In this document: piece by piece, positions 19,107 through 28,261 of the stretch
How positions within the stretch are numbered: position 1 is the stretch's first letter
Layout of the letters: every line of letters starts with the position of its first letter
From: Chloroflexota bacterium
Lineage (GTDB): Bacteria; Chloroflexota; Dehalococcoidia; Dehalococcoidales; UBA5760
Assembly: GCA_015222205.1 (NCBI GenBank)
Contig: JADFUW010000011.1
Span: forward strand, 511 to 64,510
Length of the DNA: 64,000 nt
Reading direction: 5' to 3'
The notes under the pieces: generated by a model
The model's input: only the letters and a program-made list of their open reading frames with translations
Database searches by the model: none
Told to the model about the DNA's origin: nothing
Program-made: the position numbers and the translations under genes

Positions 19107-19135
19107 ACGATAGCATATCTTGCCGTAACTGTCAA
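19107..19135 (-). promoter_or_regulatory. Putative sigma70-type promoter of the riboswitch-gcvH-PA-PB transcript
   Basis: Minus strand TTGACA (19135-19130), 17 nt, TATCGT (19112-19107). The predicted start falls about at the first aptamer base. Confidence 0.5.
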
Positions 19136-19367
19136 GCCTATGTACTCGCCCATGTGATTAATGGCACATGGACTCCTTGTTCAGGCTTCGTGGTAACATT
19201 ATATTGCGGCGGCTGCCCTTTGCAAGCTGGACACTGTGTGAGAATAGATATCTAGTGTAGTAGCAACGCCGTTGTGACCAAGGCACTCTTGAACCACTCG
19301 CGGGTAGATTCTTACCTTAACTAGAATTGTGGTATGATACTCTAAATATGATAATCTTAGTAAAGAG

Positions 19368-20063
19368 ATGTTTTGTACTATTTATCAGCTCGGGCAGGTA
19401 GAATATGATAGAGCCTATTACCTGCAGGCAAAATTGCTGTGCCAGCGAATCAACGGCGAGATAAAGGACACCCTTCTGCTCTTGGAGCATCCGCCTACCA
19501 TCACCATAGGTAAATCAGGTAAATTAGAGAATATTCTTGCTTCCCAATCACAGCTAGCCGAAAAGGGTATTCCGGTATTCTTTGTGGATAGGGGGGGAGA
19601 TGCTACTTACCATGGCCCTGGCCAGCTAATTGGCTATCCTATTTTTGGTCTACGAGGCAGAGACCTCCATCAGTACGTTCGCGATCTTGAGGAGGTAGTC
19701 ATAAGAACGCTAAACGACTTTGGTATAAAAGCCGGCAGAGATAAGACCCATCCCGGGGTTTGGGTAGGAAATGAGGAAATCGCTGCCATCGGCCTTAGAA
19801 TTAGAAGATGGGTAAGCATGCACGGATTTGCCCTCAATGTAAACACGGATCTAGAGCCATTCTCACTCATACACCCGTGTGGCTTCTCCGATAGAAGAGC
19901 TACATCTATTTCGCACCTTCTTTCTCAGGACGTATTGATGGCAGCAGCAACAGAAAGGCTATTAGCCCATTTTGTGGAGGTTTTCAACGCCCAAATAGAA
20001 TGGGGCACAAACATGCTGGTAAGGAGCTATATTTATGAAGACCAGATTGCCACCCTGGTTTAA
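19368..20063 (+). CDS. lipB: Octanoyltransferase LipB
   Basis: LLLLEHPPTITIGKSG, DRGGDATYHGPGQL and PCG motifs. Confidence 0.9.
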   Translation: MFCTIYQLGQVEYDRAYYLQAKLLCQRINGEIKDTLLLLEHPPTITIGKSGKLENILASQSQLAEKGIPVFFVDRGGDATYHGPGQLIGYPIFGLRGRDLHQYVRDLEEVVIRTLNDFGIKAGRDKTHPGVWVGNEEIAAIGLRIRRWVSMHGFALNVNTDLEPFSLIHPCGFSDRRATSISHLLSQDVLMAAATERLLAHFVEVFNAQIEWGTNMLVRSYIYEDQIATLV

Positions 20064-20895
20064 GCAGAAGCTTTTAGATCCCCAGGTTATGCTGACCATG
20101 GAAGGGCTTTTAGATAGATTAAGCCTGCACACTATTTGCCAAAGTGCCCTCTGCCCAAATATAGGGGAGTGTTTTTCACGAAAGACAGCAACATTCCTAA
20201 TTCTGGGAGACGTTTGCACCAGGCACTGTAGATTTTGTGCGGTGAAGAAGGGACAGCCGCTCCCGGTGGATGAAAAAGAACCACAACACCTGCTTAAAGC
20301 AGTAGAAACGCTGAATTTACGCTATGTTGTCATAACCTCGGTCACTAGAGACGACCTTGCTGATGGTGGTGCTTCTCAATTTGTCAGGGCAATTAATATA
20401 CTTCGTGAAAAAAGGAAAGGCATCCTAGTAGAGGTTCTCATTCCAGATTTTCTCGGTTCTGTTGAGGCACTCAGAGCGGTAGTACAAGCCTGCCCCCAAA
20501 TTATAAACCATAATGTAGAGACTGTCCCCCGCCTTTACCCCGAGGTAAGGCCGGAAGCAGATTACAGGCGCTCTTTAAGAACCTTCCCTACGGTGAAAGA
20601 CCTAAATCCAGAAATAATTACTAAGTCTGGGTTAATGCTAGGTCTAGGAGAAACAAAGGAGGAAGTAGTAAGGGTTATGAAAGACCTGAGGGAAGCCGAC
20701 TGTGAGTTGCTTACCCTTGGTCAGTACCTACAGCCCTCTTCCAAGCACCACCCGATAGCTCGATATGTTTCTCCTGGGGAGTTTTCTGAGTTTAAAGACA
20801 TAGGTAAAGACCTGGGATTTGCTGAGGTCGCCTCGGCGCCTTTGGTAAGAAGTTCCTTTAAAGCCGCAGAACTCTATACTAAAGCCAAATCATAA
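20035..20895 (+). CDS. lipA: Lipoyl synthase LipA
   Basis: Radical-SAM CTRHCRFC plus N-terminal CQSALCPNIGEC auxiliary-cluster motif. Overlaps the lipB end. Confidence 0.95.
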   Translation: MKTRLPPWFKQKLLDPQVMLTMEGLLDRLSLHTICQSALCPNIGECFSRKTATFLILGDVCTRHCRFCAVKKGQPLPVDEKEPQHLLKAVETLNLRYVVITSVTRDDLADGGASQFVRAINILREKRKGILVEVLIPDFLGSVEALRAVVQACPQIINHNVETVPRLYPEVRPEADYRRSLRTFPTVKDLNPEIITKSGLMLGLGETKEEVVRVMKDLREADCELLTLGQYLQPSSKHHPIARYVSPGEFSEFKDIGKDLGFAEVASAPLVRSSFKAAELYTKAKS

Positions 20896-21169
20896 CTCAT
20901 CCTCATCGCAGTTATCTCAACTCCTAGTCTTCTCAGTAATAAAGCCGTCGTCCAGAAGGTCCTTTATTAAAGTCATGCTACGAAAGTATACCCCCAAAGA
21001 TACTAATGGGGGATTTGCCAAACAGCCAACCTAGATTATAGTATTACCCGAATAGTATTAGAAAAGACCGAGGCAAGCGTATTAAATAAAACTAATCTAA
21101 CCTTGAAACAGGAGAGGGTAAAAGACCCTATTGGTATCACCTTGATATTGAACCATTAGGTCCCCCCTA

Positions 21170-21198
21170 TTGACAAAAGGCGATTAATATACTATAAA
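21170..21198 (+). promoter_or_regulatory. Putative strong sigma70-type promoter for the sensor kinase operon
   Basis: TTGACA (21170-21175), 17 nt, TATAAA (21193-21198). Only about 13 nt would separate the predicted start from the ATG at 21218. Confidence 0.45.
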
Positions 21199-21217
21199 AT
21201 AGCCAGTTAGATATATT

Positions 21218-23941
21218 ATGCACGATCACCGGATGTGGGAAATGAAAATTGTCACTAAAACTAAGAAACAACTTATTGAAGAGGTAATCGCTCTACACCG
21301 ACTCGTGGCAGAGCTTGAGGGGTTAGAAGCCGAGCATAACCGGGCAGAGGAAGTCTCACCATCAGAAAAGGAGAGGTTGCTAGCCCTTATGGAGGCATTA
21401 GCTAAGGTAGGAATTGGCGTTGATATTGTTGGGATTGATTACAAAGTGCTGTTTCAAAATGAGGCTTTAAAACGAAGGTTTGGTGACTTAACCGGAAAAC
21501 TATGTTATGAAGGTTATATGGGGTTAAAAAAACCTTGTGATTTTTGCCCTATGATAAAAGCAATTGGCAGTAAAAAGTCAGAGCAGGTTGAATTAACCGG
21601 TGTTGACGGAAGAGATTATGAACTGTTGGCAAATCCACTTGTAAATCTGGACGGGACTGTTGATAAAGTAGTTGAAGTCGTCGTAGACATCACCGAGCAC
21701 AGGCGGATAGAGGAGATACTAAAAGGGTCGGAGGAAAAATTACATCTCATGTTTGAATCTCTGGCTGAGGGAATTACGGTTACTGACCTGGATGCGAACA
21801 TTGTGCAGGTGAATGAAGCTGTAGTTCACATGCACGGCTATAATAATGAGAGAGAACTCATTGGACAAAGCATTCTTAAGCTTATCACCGATAAAGACCA
21901 CGCTAGGGCTATGGAGAACCTAAAAAAGATACTGGTGGAGGGGAGGTGCAACGGAAGGACTGAATACAGGCTTACCAGAAGGGATGGCAGCGAATTTCCT
22001 GCCGAGTTAAGCGCCTCTGTGTTCAAGGATATCTCTGGTAAGCCTATAGGATTTATCACTATTGTTACTGACATCACCGAGCGGAAGCAGGCAGAGGAGA
22101 CCCTAAGGGAGAGCGAGAAACGCTACCATCTTCTCGCCGAGAACGCGGCAGATGTTATTTGGACCGTAGATATGAATATGCAGCTCACCTACATCAGTCC
22201 TTCTGTTGCCCGCCTGCTAGGCTACAGCGTTGAGGAAGCCACAGCCAAAAAAATGGAAGAGGTCTTTACCCATGCCTCGTTTGAGGTTGCCATGAAGGCT
22301 CTCGCTGAGGAACTGGCCATAGAAAACATGGAGCAGAAGGAACTGGCTAGGTCACGGACGCTAGAGCTCGAGTTGAATCGCAAGGATAGTTCCACAGTCC
22401 CTGTCGAGGTCAAGTATAGTTTCCTACGTGCGCCTGATGGACGGCCTGTTGAGATTTTGGCAATAGCCAGAGACATCACCGAGCGCAAGCGGGTGGAGGA
22501 ACAAACTAAACAGCTCCAAAAATATCTCCAGCTTCAAGTTGACCGAATGCCTATCGGATTGATTGTCTGGGATACAGAGTTTCGCGTGCAAAGTTGGAAC
22601 CCCGCTGCTGAGAGGATTTTTGGCTTCACGGCAGAAGAAGCATCAAGGAAACATCCGCATGACCTAATTGTGCCAAAAGAGGCTCAACCTCATGTGGAAA
22701 ATATTTGGCGTCGACTGCTTAAAGGGGACACGACAGCACATAGCATAAACGAGAATACGACCAAAGATAATCGCACTATCATCTGTGAGTGGTCAAACAC
22801 ACCACTCAAAAACGACGATGGCACAGTGGTGGGTGTTCTTTCAATGGTTCAGGACATCACTGAGCGCAAACGGGCAGAGGAGGCGCTAAAGCGAGCCGCT
22901 GAGGAATGGAGGGCAACCATCGACTCCATTACGGATTTAGTTTCCATTCATAGTAGTAACTTCAAGCTGGTTAGGGTAAATAAGGCTTACGCTGATGCCT
23001 GTAAGATGAAACCGAAAGAGCTTATTGGCAAAACCTGCTATGAAGTGCTACACGGAAGAAAAGAATGCATGCCGGATTGCCCGCATAGGAAAACATTGGA
23101 GACCAAAAAGCCGGTTACGGCGGAAATCTTTGAACCTCGCTTGGGGAGTTATCTTGAGGTGACTACATCACCTATATTCAATGAGAAGGGCGATGTTGTA
23201 GCTTCGGTTCACGTTGCTAGAGATATTACCGACCGCAAGCGGATAGATGAGCAACTCATAATCACCGACCGGCTGGCTTCAGTTGGCGAGCTGGCATCGG
23301 GTATTGCCCATGAGCTTAACAATCCGTTAACCAGTGTTATTGGATTCTCCCAGCTACTCTTGGATAAAGATATCCCTGATGAGATCAAAGAAGATGTAAA
23401 CATCATATTTAATGAAGCTCGACGTTCTGCCGCAGTAGTGAAGAACCTGCTCACCTTCGCCCGGAAGCACACCCCGGTAAAGCAGCCGGTAAATATAAAT
23501 AGCATTATAGAAAAGGTGCTGGAACTGCGTGCCTACGAGCAAAAGGTAAGCAACATCCAGGTCAATACCCGGTTTGCCCCTGACCTGCCGGAAGTCATGG
23601 GTGACTATTTCCAGTTGCAGCAGGTCTTCCTCAATATCACTATCAATGCCGAGTATTTTATGATTGAGGCACATAATAGAGGCACTCTAACTATCACCAC
23701 GGAAAAGGTAGGGGATATTGTCAGGGCTTCCTTTGCTGATGATGGTCCCGGAATTGCTCCAGAGAACCTGGGACACCTGTTCGACCCTTTCTTCACCACC
23801 AAGGAGGTAGGCAAAGGGACCGGGCTGGGACTTAGCATCTGCCACGGGATAATTACTGAACACGGTGGCAGGATATATGCTGAAAGCGAATTGGGCAGAG
23901 GTGCCACCTTCATCATGGAACTACCTATCAGTGACCGTTGA
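21218..23941 (+). CDS. Multi-PAS sensor histidine kinase (five PAS-like modules, HisKA, HATPase)
   Basis: Five modules each end in a DIT(E/D)(H/R)(R/K)R..E linker. H-box GIAHELNNPLT. N, G1 and G2 boxes (DDGPGI, GTGLGLSI). N-terminal coiled coil. Confidence 0.9.
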   Translation: MHDHRMWEMKIVTKTKKQLIEEVIALHRLVAELEGLEAEHNRAEEVSPSEKERLLALMEALAKVGIGVDIVGIDYKVLFQNEALKRRFGDLTGKLCYEGYMGLKKPCDFCPMIKAIGSKKSEQVELTGVDGRDYELLANPLVNLDGTVDKVVEVVVDITEHRRIEEILKGSEEKLHLMFESLAEGITVTDLDANIVQVNEAVVHMHGYNNERELIGQSILKLITDKDHARAMENLKKILVEGRCNGRTEYRLTRRDGSEFPAELSASVFKDISGKPIGFITIVTDITERKQAEETLRESEKRYHLLAENAADVIWTVDMNMQLTYISPSVARLLGYSVEEATAKKMEEVFTHASFEVAMKALAEELAIENMEQKELARSRTLELELNRKDSSTVPVEVKYSFLRAPDGRPVEILAIARDITERKRVEEQTKQLQKYLQLQVDRMPIGLIVWDTEFRVQSWNPAAERIFGFTAEEASRKHPHDLIVPKEAQPHVENIWRRLLKGDTTAHSINENTTKDNRTIICEWSNTPLKNDDGTVVGVLSMVQDITERKRAEEALKRAAEEWRATIDSITDLVSIHSSNFKLVRVNKAYADACKMKPKELIGKTCYEVLHGRKECMPDCPHRKTLETKKPVTAEIFEPRLGSYLEVTTSPIFNEKGDVVASVHVARDITDRKRIDEQLIITDRLASVGELASGIAHELNNPLTSVIGFSQLLLDKDIPDEIKEDVNIIFNEARRSAAVVKNLLTFARKHTPVKQPVNINSIIEKVLELRAYEQKVSNIQVNTRFAPDLPEVMGDYFQLQQVFLNITINAEYFMIEAHNRGTLTITTEKVGDIVRASFADDGPGIAPENLGHLFDPFFTTKEVGKGTGLGLSICHGIITEHGGRIYAESELGRGATFIMELPISDR

Positions 23942-23959
23942 TGGGAAAAGAGCCGTCAA

Positions 23960-24355
23960 GTGGAAAAGTCTAATACCGGCGCCAAGAGAATCCTAGTAGT
24001 TGAAGACGAACCGGCAATTTGTCAGGTATGTCGGAGAGCCCTCACCAGCGAAGGGTTTGAGGTAGATATTGCTACTAATGGAAGGGTGGCTGAGGACATG
24101 TTGAGAGGAAAAGACTACGATGTTTGTCTAATTGACACTAGAACGCCGGTAATGAGCGGCAAGCAACTCTATCAATCTATCATTGAGAAGCATCCCAGGC
24201 TAGCCAGCAGGGTAATATTCACCACTGGTGATATGATGGAGGGAAATACCCGTCGTTCTCTCGAGCAAAGTAGCCGACCATATCTACCCAAACCGTTCAA
24301 TCCTGACGAGCTAAAAACGATAGTTAAAGAAACCTTGGGGCAGATAGAAAAATGA
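23960..24355 (+). CDS. Single-domain response regulator (REC)
   Basis: ILVVEDEP...D...T..PKPF receiver pattern, 131 aa, GTG start. Confidence 0.85.
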   Translation: MEKSNTGAKRILVVEDEPAICQVCRRALTSEGFEVDIATNGRVAEDMLRGKDYDVCLIDTRTPVMSGKQLYQSIIEKHPRLASRVIFTTGDMMEGNTRRSLEQSSRPYLPKPFNPDELKTIVKETLGQIEK

Positions 24356-25368
24356 CTACCCAACGAGAAGGAATACTAATTGTTGACGATGAAGAAGGAG
24401 TGAGGAGGCTTCTTAAGCGGAAGCTATTAAGCCAGGGCTACCGTTGTGAGGAAGCCAGTAGTGCTTACCAAGCTCTGGATGAACTACGAAACAAAGCAAT
24501 AGGATTGGTGATTCTAGATATCAAGATGCCGGGTAAATCAGGGGTCCAACTACTACCCGAAATAAGAGCCAGTTATCCCGATACGGTGGTGATTATGGCT
24601 ACTGCTATCACCGATACCAGTACTGCTATCTATTGTATGAAGCTGGGAGCCTATGATTATATAACCAAGCCATTTAACCTGGATGAGGTTGTCCTGAGTG
24701 TAGATAAGGCTCTAGAGAAAAGAAGGCTGGAGCTTGAGAATAGGGATTACCAACGGCACCTAGAGCAAAAGGTTGAAGAGCAGTCCCGGAAAATCCGAGC
24801 CTCATTTCTCAACGCGATAACTTCTTTGGCTTATGCCCTAGAAGCCAAGGATAAGTACACCAGCGGCCATTCGCAACGAGTGGCTGAGATATCCGTAGCT
24901 ATAGCTAGAGACCTGGGCTTACCACAGGACAGCATCAATAAGATAGAGCTTGCCGGGCAAGTCCATGATATTGGCAAGATAGGGGTAAGAGAATCGATAC
25001 TACATAAATTAGGTAAACTCAGTGCTGAGGAATTTCAACATATAAAATACCATTGTGAAGTAGGGGAGCGTATCTTGACCCCCATTGTGGAAGACGAGGA
25101 AATCTTAAAGATTGTCAGACACCACCACGAACGCTACGACGGCAAGGGTTATCCTGATGGGTTGTTTGGAGAAGCCATACCGTTGGGTGCCAGAATTCTA
25201 GCAGTGGCTGACAGCTACGATGCTATGACATCTGAGCGTCCCTATCGGCGGGCAATGAGCGCTGAAACAGCCTGCGCTGAGATAGAGCATGGTAAGAGTA
25301 CCCAGTTTGACCCCGAAGTAGCCGATGTCTTCCTCAGGGCTCAAAGATTAGTCAGTTCGGTTGTCTGA
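24352..25368 (+). CDS. Response regulator with HD-GYP domain (putative c-di-GMP phosphodiesterase)
   Basis: REC N-terminus (ILIVDDEE, DIKMPG, KPF), then HDIGKIGV and HHERYDGKGYPDG. Confidence 0.85.
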   Translation: MTTQREGILIVDDEEGVRRLLKRKLLSQGYRCEEASSAYQALDELRNKAIGLVILDIKMPGKSGVQLLPEIRASYPDTVVIMATAITDTSTAIYCMKLGAYDYITKPFNLDEVVLSVDKALEKRRLELENRDYQRHLEQKVEEQSRKIRASFLNAITSLAYALEAKDKYTSGHSQRVAEISVAIARDLGLPQDSINKIELAGQVHDIGKIGVRESILHKLGKLSAEEFQHIKYHCEVGERILTPIVEDEEILKIVRHHHERYDGKGYPDGLFGEAIPLGARILAVADSYDAMTSERPYRRAMSAETACAEIEHGKSTQFDPEVADVFLRAQRLVSSVV

Positions 25369-25632
25369 TGTCAGCATCAGTAAAGGGAGGAATCTTCGGA
25401 ATACCTAGTGTCATGCGGCTCAGCAGTCAAGATGATTTGTAAACCCTAGACCAGGATATTGACTAACCTGACAAGAAGGGATATAGTTACCCGGAAAGAA
25501 GCTTTCCAGAAAGATTAAAATTAAATAAGTTACTTCAACCTCAAATTAGGTATGTATATTCTAGGAGGCCCTGTACTACGGTAGTTTGTTACCATTTAGT
25601 GCTAGGCATAAGGCTAACGAAGGAAGTATTAA

Positions 25633-26007
25633 ATGGGCAATAAGAAAATACTCATCGCTGATGATGAACCGAATGTTTGCTCACTGGTAAGTAGCATGCT
25701 GGGCAAAGACTATACTGTTCTCAAGGCAAGTAACGGGGAGGAAGCAATAAACGTTGCTCGCAGCCAGAAGCCACACCTTATTCTGATGGATATTATGATG
25801 CCAAAGGTGGACGGTTACACTGCTTGCTCCACAATTAAAACCGACCAGTCAACTAAAATGATTCCCATCATCATGATTACTGGCGTCGGCCATGAACTCA
25901 ACAAAAAACTCGCCAACGAGATAGGTGCTGATGGATATGTAACCAAGCCATTCACTTTACAGGACTTGCTGGATACGATTGGCCAATTCGTGAGATACCC
26001 CAAGTGA
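25633..26007 (+). CDS. Single-domain response regulator (REC)
   Basis: ILIADDEP, LILMDIMMPKVDG and TKPF motifs, 124 aa. Confidence 0.85.
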   Translation: MGNKKILIADDEPNVCSLVSSMLGKDYTVLKASNGEEAINVARSQKPHLILMDIMMPKVDGYTACSTIKTDQSTKMIPIIMITGVGHELNKKLANEIGADGYVTKPFTLQDLLDTIGQFVRYPK

Positions 26008-26085
26008 GGTTCTAGCCTTGCCGGCATTATTATTACGGTTATGAAGTTTTGCCCGCTTAACTAAGCAGATTATTACCTAGCTTTG

Positions 26086-26161
26086 TGGAGCGGGAGACGG
26101 GACTCGAACCCGCGACAACCTGCTTGGAAGGCAGGAACTCTACCAACTGAGTTACTCCCGC
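26086..26161 (-). tRNA. tRNA-Gly (anticodon TCC), CCA encoded
   Basis: Minus strand GCGGGAGTAACTCAGTTGGTAGAGTTCCTGCCTTCCAAGCAGGTTGTCGCGGGTTCGAGTCCCGTCTCCCGCTCCA folds as a cloverleaf. A TTGACA-18 nt-TACAAT promoter lies at 26203-26174. Confidence 0.9.
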
Positions 26162-26452
26162 AAGACCGTGCCTATTGTAGCCTCAAAAAACATCTGTTGT
26201 CAAAAGAGACGCCTGCTTTATCAAAAACTGAATCACCACAGATAAAAACCTCCCCACTATTATAACCCGCAGTCATCGCCAGGCATGCTTCTTAGTGAGG
26301 AGGTTACCAGTAGGTCTTTAAGACCAGCTAATATAACATTCGATGTGGAATTTCATTGAGTATAACTTAGCTAGGAGGAGTGAGGTGGAACTAAACACTC
26401 CTTTCGGCCTAATTGCCACTAAAAAAGAAGAGGGTTCGAGAACTGTCCAAGC

Positions 26453-26526
26453 TGGCTGCCGAGCCTGGATTCGAACCAGGGCTAGAGGATCCAAAGTCCT
26501 CCGTGCTACCACTACACAACTCGGCA
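26453..26526 (-). tRNA. tRNA-Gln (anticodon TTG), CCA encoded
   Basis: Minus strand TGCCGAGTTGTGTAGTGGTAGCACGGAGGACTTTGGATCCTC...CTCGGCAGCCA. The U1:A72 pair is typical of tRNA-Gln. Confidence 0.9.
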
Positions 26527-26562
26527 TCTTATATGACTAATTATAGCCCCCGCCAAGTCACA

Positions 26563-26651
26563 TGGTGCCGAAGGTCGGACTCGAACCGACACGGAGATTG
26601 CTCTCCAACAGTTTTTGAGACTGCCGCGTCTACCTCTTCCGCCACTTCGGC
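26563..26651 (-). tRNA. tRNA-Leu (anticodon CAA), long variable arm, CCA encoded
   Basis: Minus strand GCCGAAGTGGCGGAAGAGGTAGACGCGGCAGTCTCAAAAACTGT...GTCGGTTCGAGTCCGACCTTCGGCACCA. Confidence 0.9.
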
Positions 26652-26654
26652 ATA

Positions 26655-26726
26655 AGCGTAAGACGAGATTCGAACTTGCGACCTCTTCCTTGGCAGGAAA
26701 GCATTCTCCTGCTGAACTACCTCCGC
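26655..26726 (-). tRNA. tRNA-Gly (anticodon GCC), no encoded CCA, with helix mismatches (possibly degenerate)
   Basis: Minus strand GCGGAGGTAGTTCAGCAGGAGAATGCTTTCCTGCCAAGGAAGAGGTCGCAAGTTCGAATCTCGTCTTACGCT. It has G4-A69 and A51-C63 mismatches and sits 3 nt from tRNA-Leu(CAA). Confidence 0.6.
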
Positions 26727-26807
26727 ATCTTTAAACCACGCCTGAGCCTCCCTCTATCCCCCTGTGCTCTCGCTCTCAGACGCAGTTATCATCTTAGGAA
26801 ATTTCTT

Positions 26808-26894
26808 TGGTGCCGGGGGGGAGATTTGAACTCCCACGAGCCTAAGCTCACTAGCCCCTCAAGCTAGCGCGTCTGCCAATTCCGCCACCTCGGC
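26808..26894 (-). tRNA. tRNA-Leu (anticodon GAG), CCA encoded
   Basis: Minus strand GCCGAGGTGGCGGAATTGGCAGACGCGCTAGCTTGAGGGGCTAG...GGGAGTTCAAATCTCCCCCCCGGCACCA. One A5-C68 mismatch. Confidence 0.85.
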
Positions 26895-26901
26895 TCAATT
26901 C

Positions 26902-26978
26902 TGGCAGGAGTGGGAGGACTCGAACCCCCGACCGGCGGTTTTGGAGACCGCTGCTCTTCCAAACTGAGCTACACTCCT
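26902..26978 (-). tRNA. tRNA-Trp (anticodon CCA), CCA encoded
   Basis: Minus strand AGGAGTGTAGCTCAGTTTGGAAGAGCAGCGGTCTCCAAAACCGCCGGTCGGGGGTTCGAGTCCTCCCACTCCTGCCA. Confidence 0.9.
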
Positions 26979-27047
26979 ACCTCAAAACCTATTTTACCAC
27001 AACTCGGCCCAAAACTTAACGAAAGGTCTAAAAGAATAGAGACACCA

Positions 27048-28253
27048 TTAATCTAGCGGGCGCTCTTTAAGTGGTTTAATATCTATCTCTGAGTCAACAC
27101 TAGGTAGAGGGGCTACTGGCTCCGTCAGCATGAATTCCCCACCCAGTATCCACTCCTTTAGGGTAGTGGCAATTTCCACAGCTCGTGAGTAGCTAGACAG
27201 GGAAGCTGTCGGCACCTCCCTACCCTGAACTACTATTTTCCCGCTCTTTAGCTCGCCATAGCTGACCTCGCCTAGCACTTCTGGCTTCAGTGAGGGGTAT
27301 GCCTCGGAATAATCCACCACAGGAGCAAAAATCTCATTATCACCTACTGCAGTATAGCATAAGATTTCCTCAGAGAGCACCGGGATGGGTATGCCAATAC
27401 CCACTGTTAGGGTGCAACCATACCCCAGCATGCTGGTTCCCACCAGCCATCGTGGCGTCATCTGCTTCAAATTGCCGATTACGGCAATGCTACCTGCCCC
27501 CTCCCTCGGCACCCCGTTATCAGAGCGGCGCACATTGGGATTATGCTGGGTACCAGGCCAAGCAATAAAACCGATACCACCACCCAAGAATATCTTGGTG
27601 CCGATGCCAATAGTCTTATAATACGGGTCGTTGAGCAATGGTGAGAGCTGTCCGGCACTGCAAAAGTTAGCATTACCCAAATCAGGTCTCAATATCCCCA
27701 TATAGGTATAAATCGTCCTATCCGACAGGTTCACGGCTACATTATAGTTCTGATAAGCATTCCTGATATTGAACAGCACGGCATCATTAAGGTCATTAAT
27801 ATTTATCCAGGTCTCAAGCTTTTTCCTGGGGTAGCAATCCGTGCCGTAAGCAGTAGCCACCAGCCTAATATCCTTACCGGCAACGAGCTCCTCAATGACA
27901 TGCCCGCCACCGTAGTTGAACTCACCAGGATAGATTTTATTTCTGGGGTCATCATCAGGAAGAGCGTTAGACCCGATAAATAAGTCCACGGCAGCAAACC
28001 CGGCATAAGCCGGAACATCATTGAGATAGGCTCTACCACCCCCCAGCTTCATCTTTGGCTTAGTGTGCCCAATATTAAAATAGGCACCCGAGGAGCACAT
28101 AGGACTAAAGGTGCCGGTAGTAACTACATCTATCTCCTGTGCCGTCTTTTTAGCCCCCTGCTGCTTAACAATATCTATTATCTCTTCAGCAGTAACGACT
28201 ACCGCCCTGCCCTCTTTTATCTTCTCGTTTATTTCCGCTATTGTCTTTGCCAT
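27048..28253 (-). CDS. COG1900/DUF39 homocysteine biosynthesis protein (L-aspartate-semialdehyde sulfurtransferase family)
   Basis: 401 aa. DVVTTGTFSPMCSSGAYFN, YGGGHVIEELV, NAYQNYNVAVN and NDPYYKTIGIGTKIFLGGGIGF blocks are characteristic of the methanogen-type family. No CBS or ferredoxin domain is fused. Confidence 0.75.
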   Translation of the reverse strand: MAKTIAEINEKIKEGRAVVVTAEEIIDIVKQQGAKKTAQEIDVVTTGTFSPMCSSGAYFNIGHTKPKMKLGGGRAYLNDVPAYAGFAAVDLFIGSNALPDDDPRNKIYPGEFNYGGGHVIEELVAGKDIRLVATAYGTDCYPRKKLETWININDLNDAVLFNIRNAYQNYNVAVNLSDRTIYTYMGILRPDLGNANFCSAGQLSPLLNDPYYKTIGIGTKIFLGGGIGFIAWPGTQHNPNVRRSDNGVPREGAGSIAVIGNLKQMTPRWLVGTSMLGYGCTLTVGIGIPIPVLSEEILCYTAVGDNEIFAPVVDYSEAYPSLKPEVLGEVSYGELKSGKIVVQGREVPTASLSSYSRAVEIATTLKEWILGGEFMLTEPVAPLPSVDSEIDIKPLKERPLD

Positions 28254-28261
28254 ACCTAAAG

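Noticed and set aside
19013-19255. 80-aa plus-strand ORF
   Set aside because: It lies antisense across glycine riboswitch aptamer 1 and the gcv promoter. It has a Cys/Pro/Leu-rich low-complexity translation and no RBS.
26162-26452. Possible ncRNA in the 290-nt gap inside the tRNA cluster
   Set aside because: I could identify only a promoter for tRNA-Gly(TCC) and weak hairpins. There was no match from memory to tmRNA, RNase P, SRP or 6S features. It needs a covariance-model scan before any call.
26083-26867. Track ORFs 26083-26265, 26318-26527, 26343-26540, 26413-26655 and 26676-26867
   Set aside because: They are read-throughs of tRNA genes and spacers in the tRNA cluster. They have no RBS, and their composition is driven by tRNA stems.
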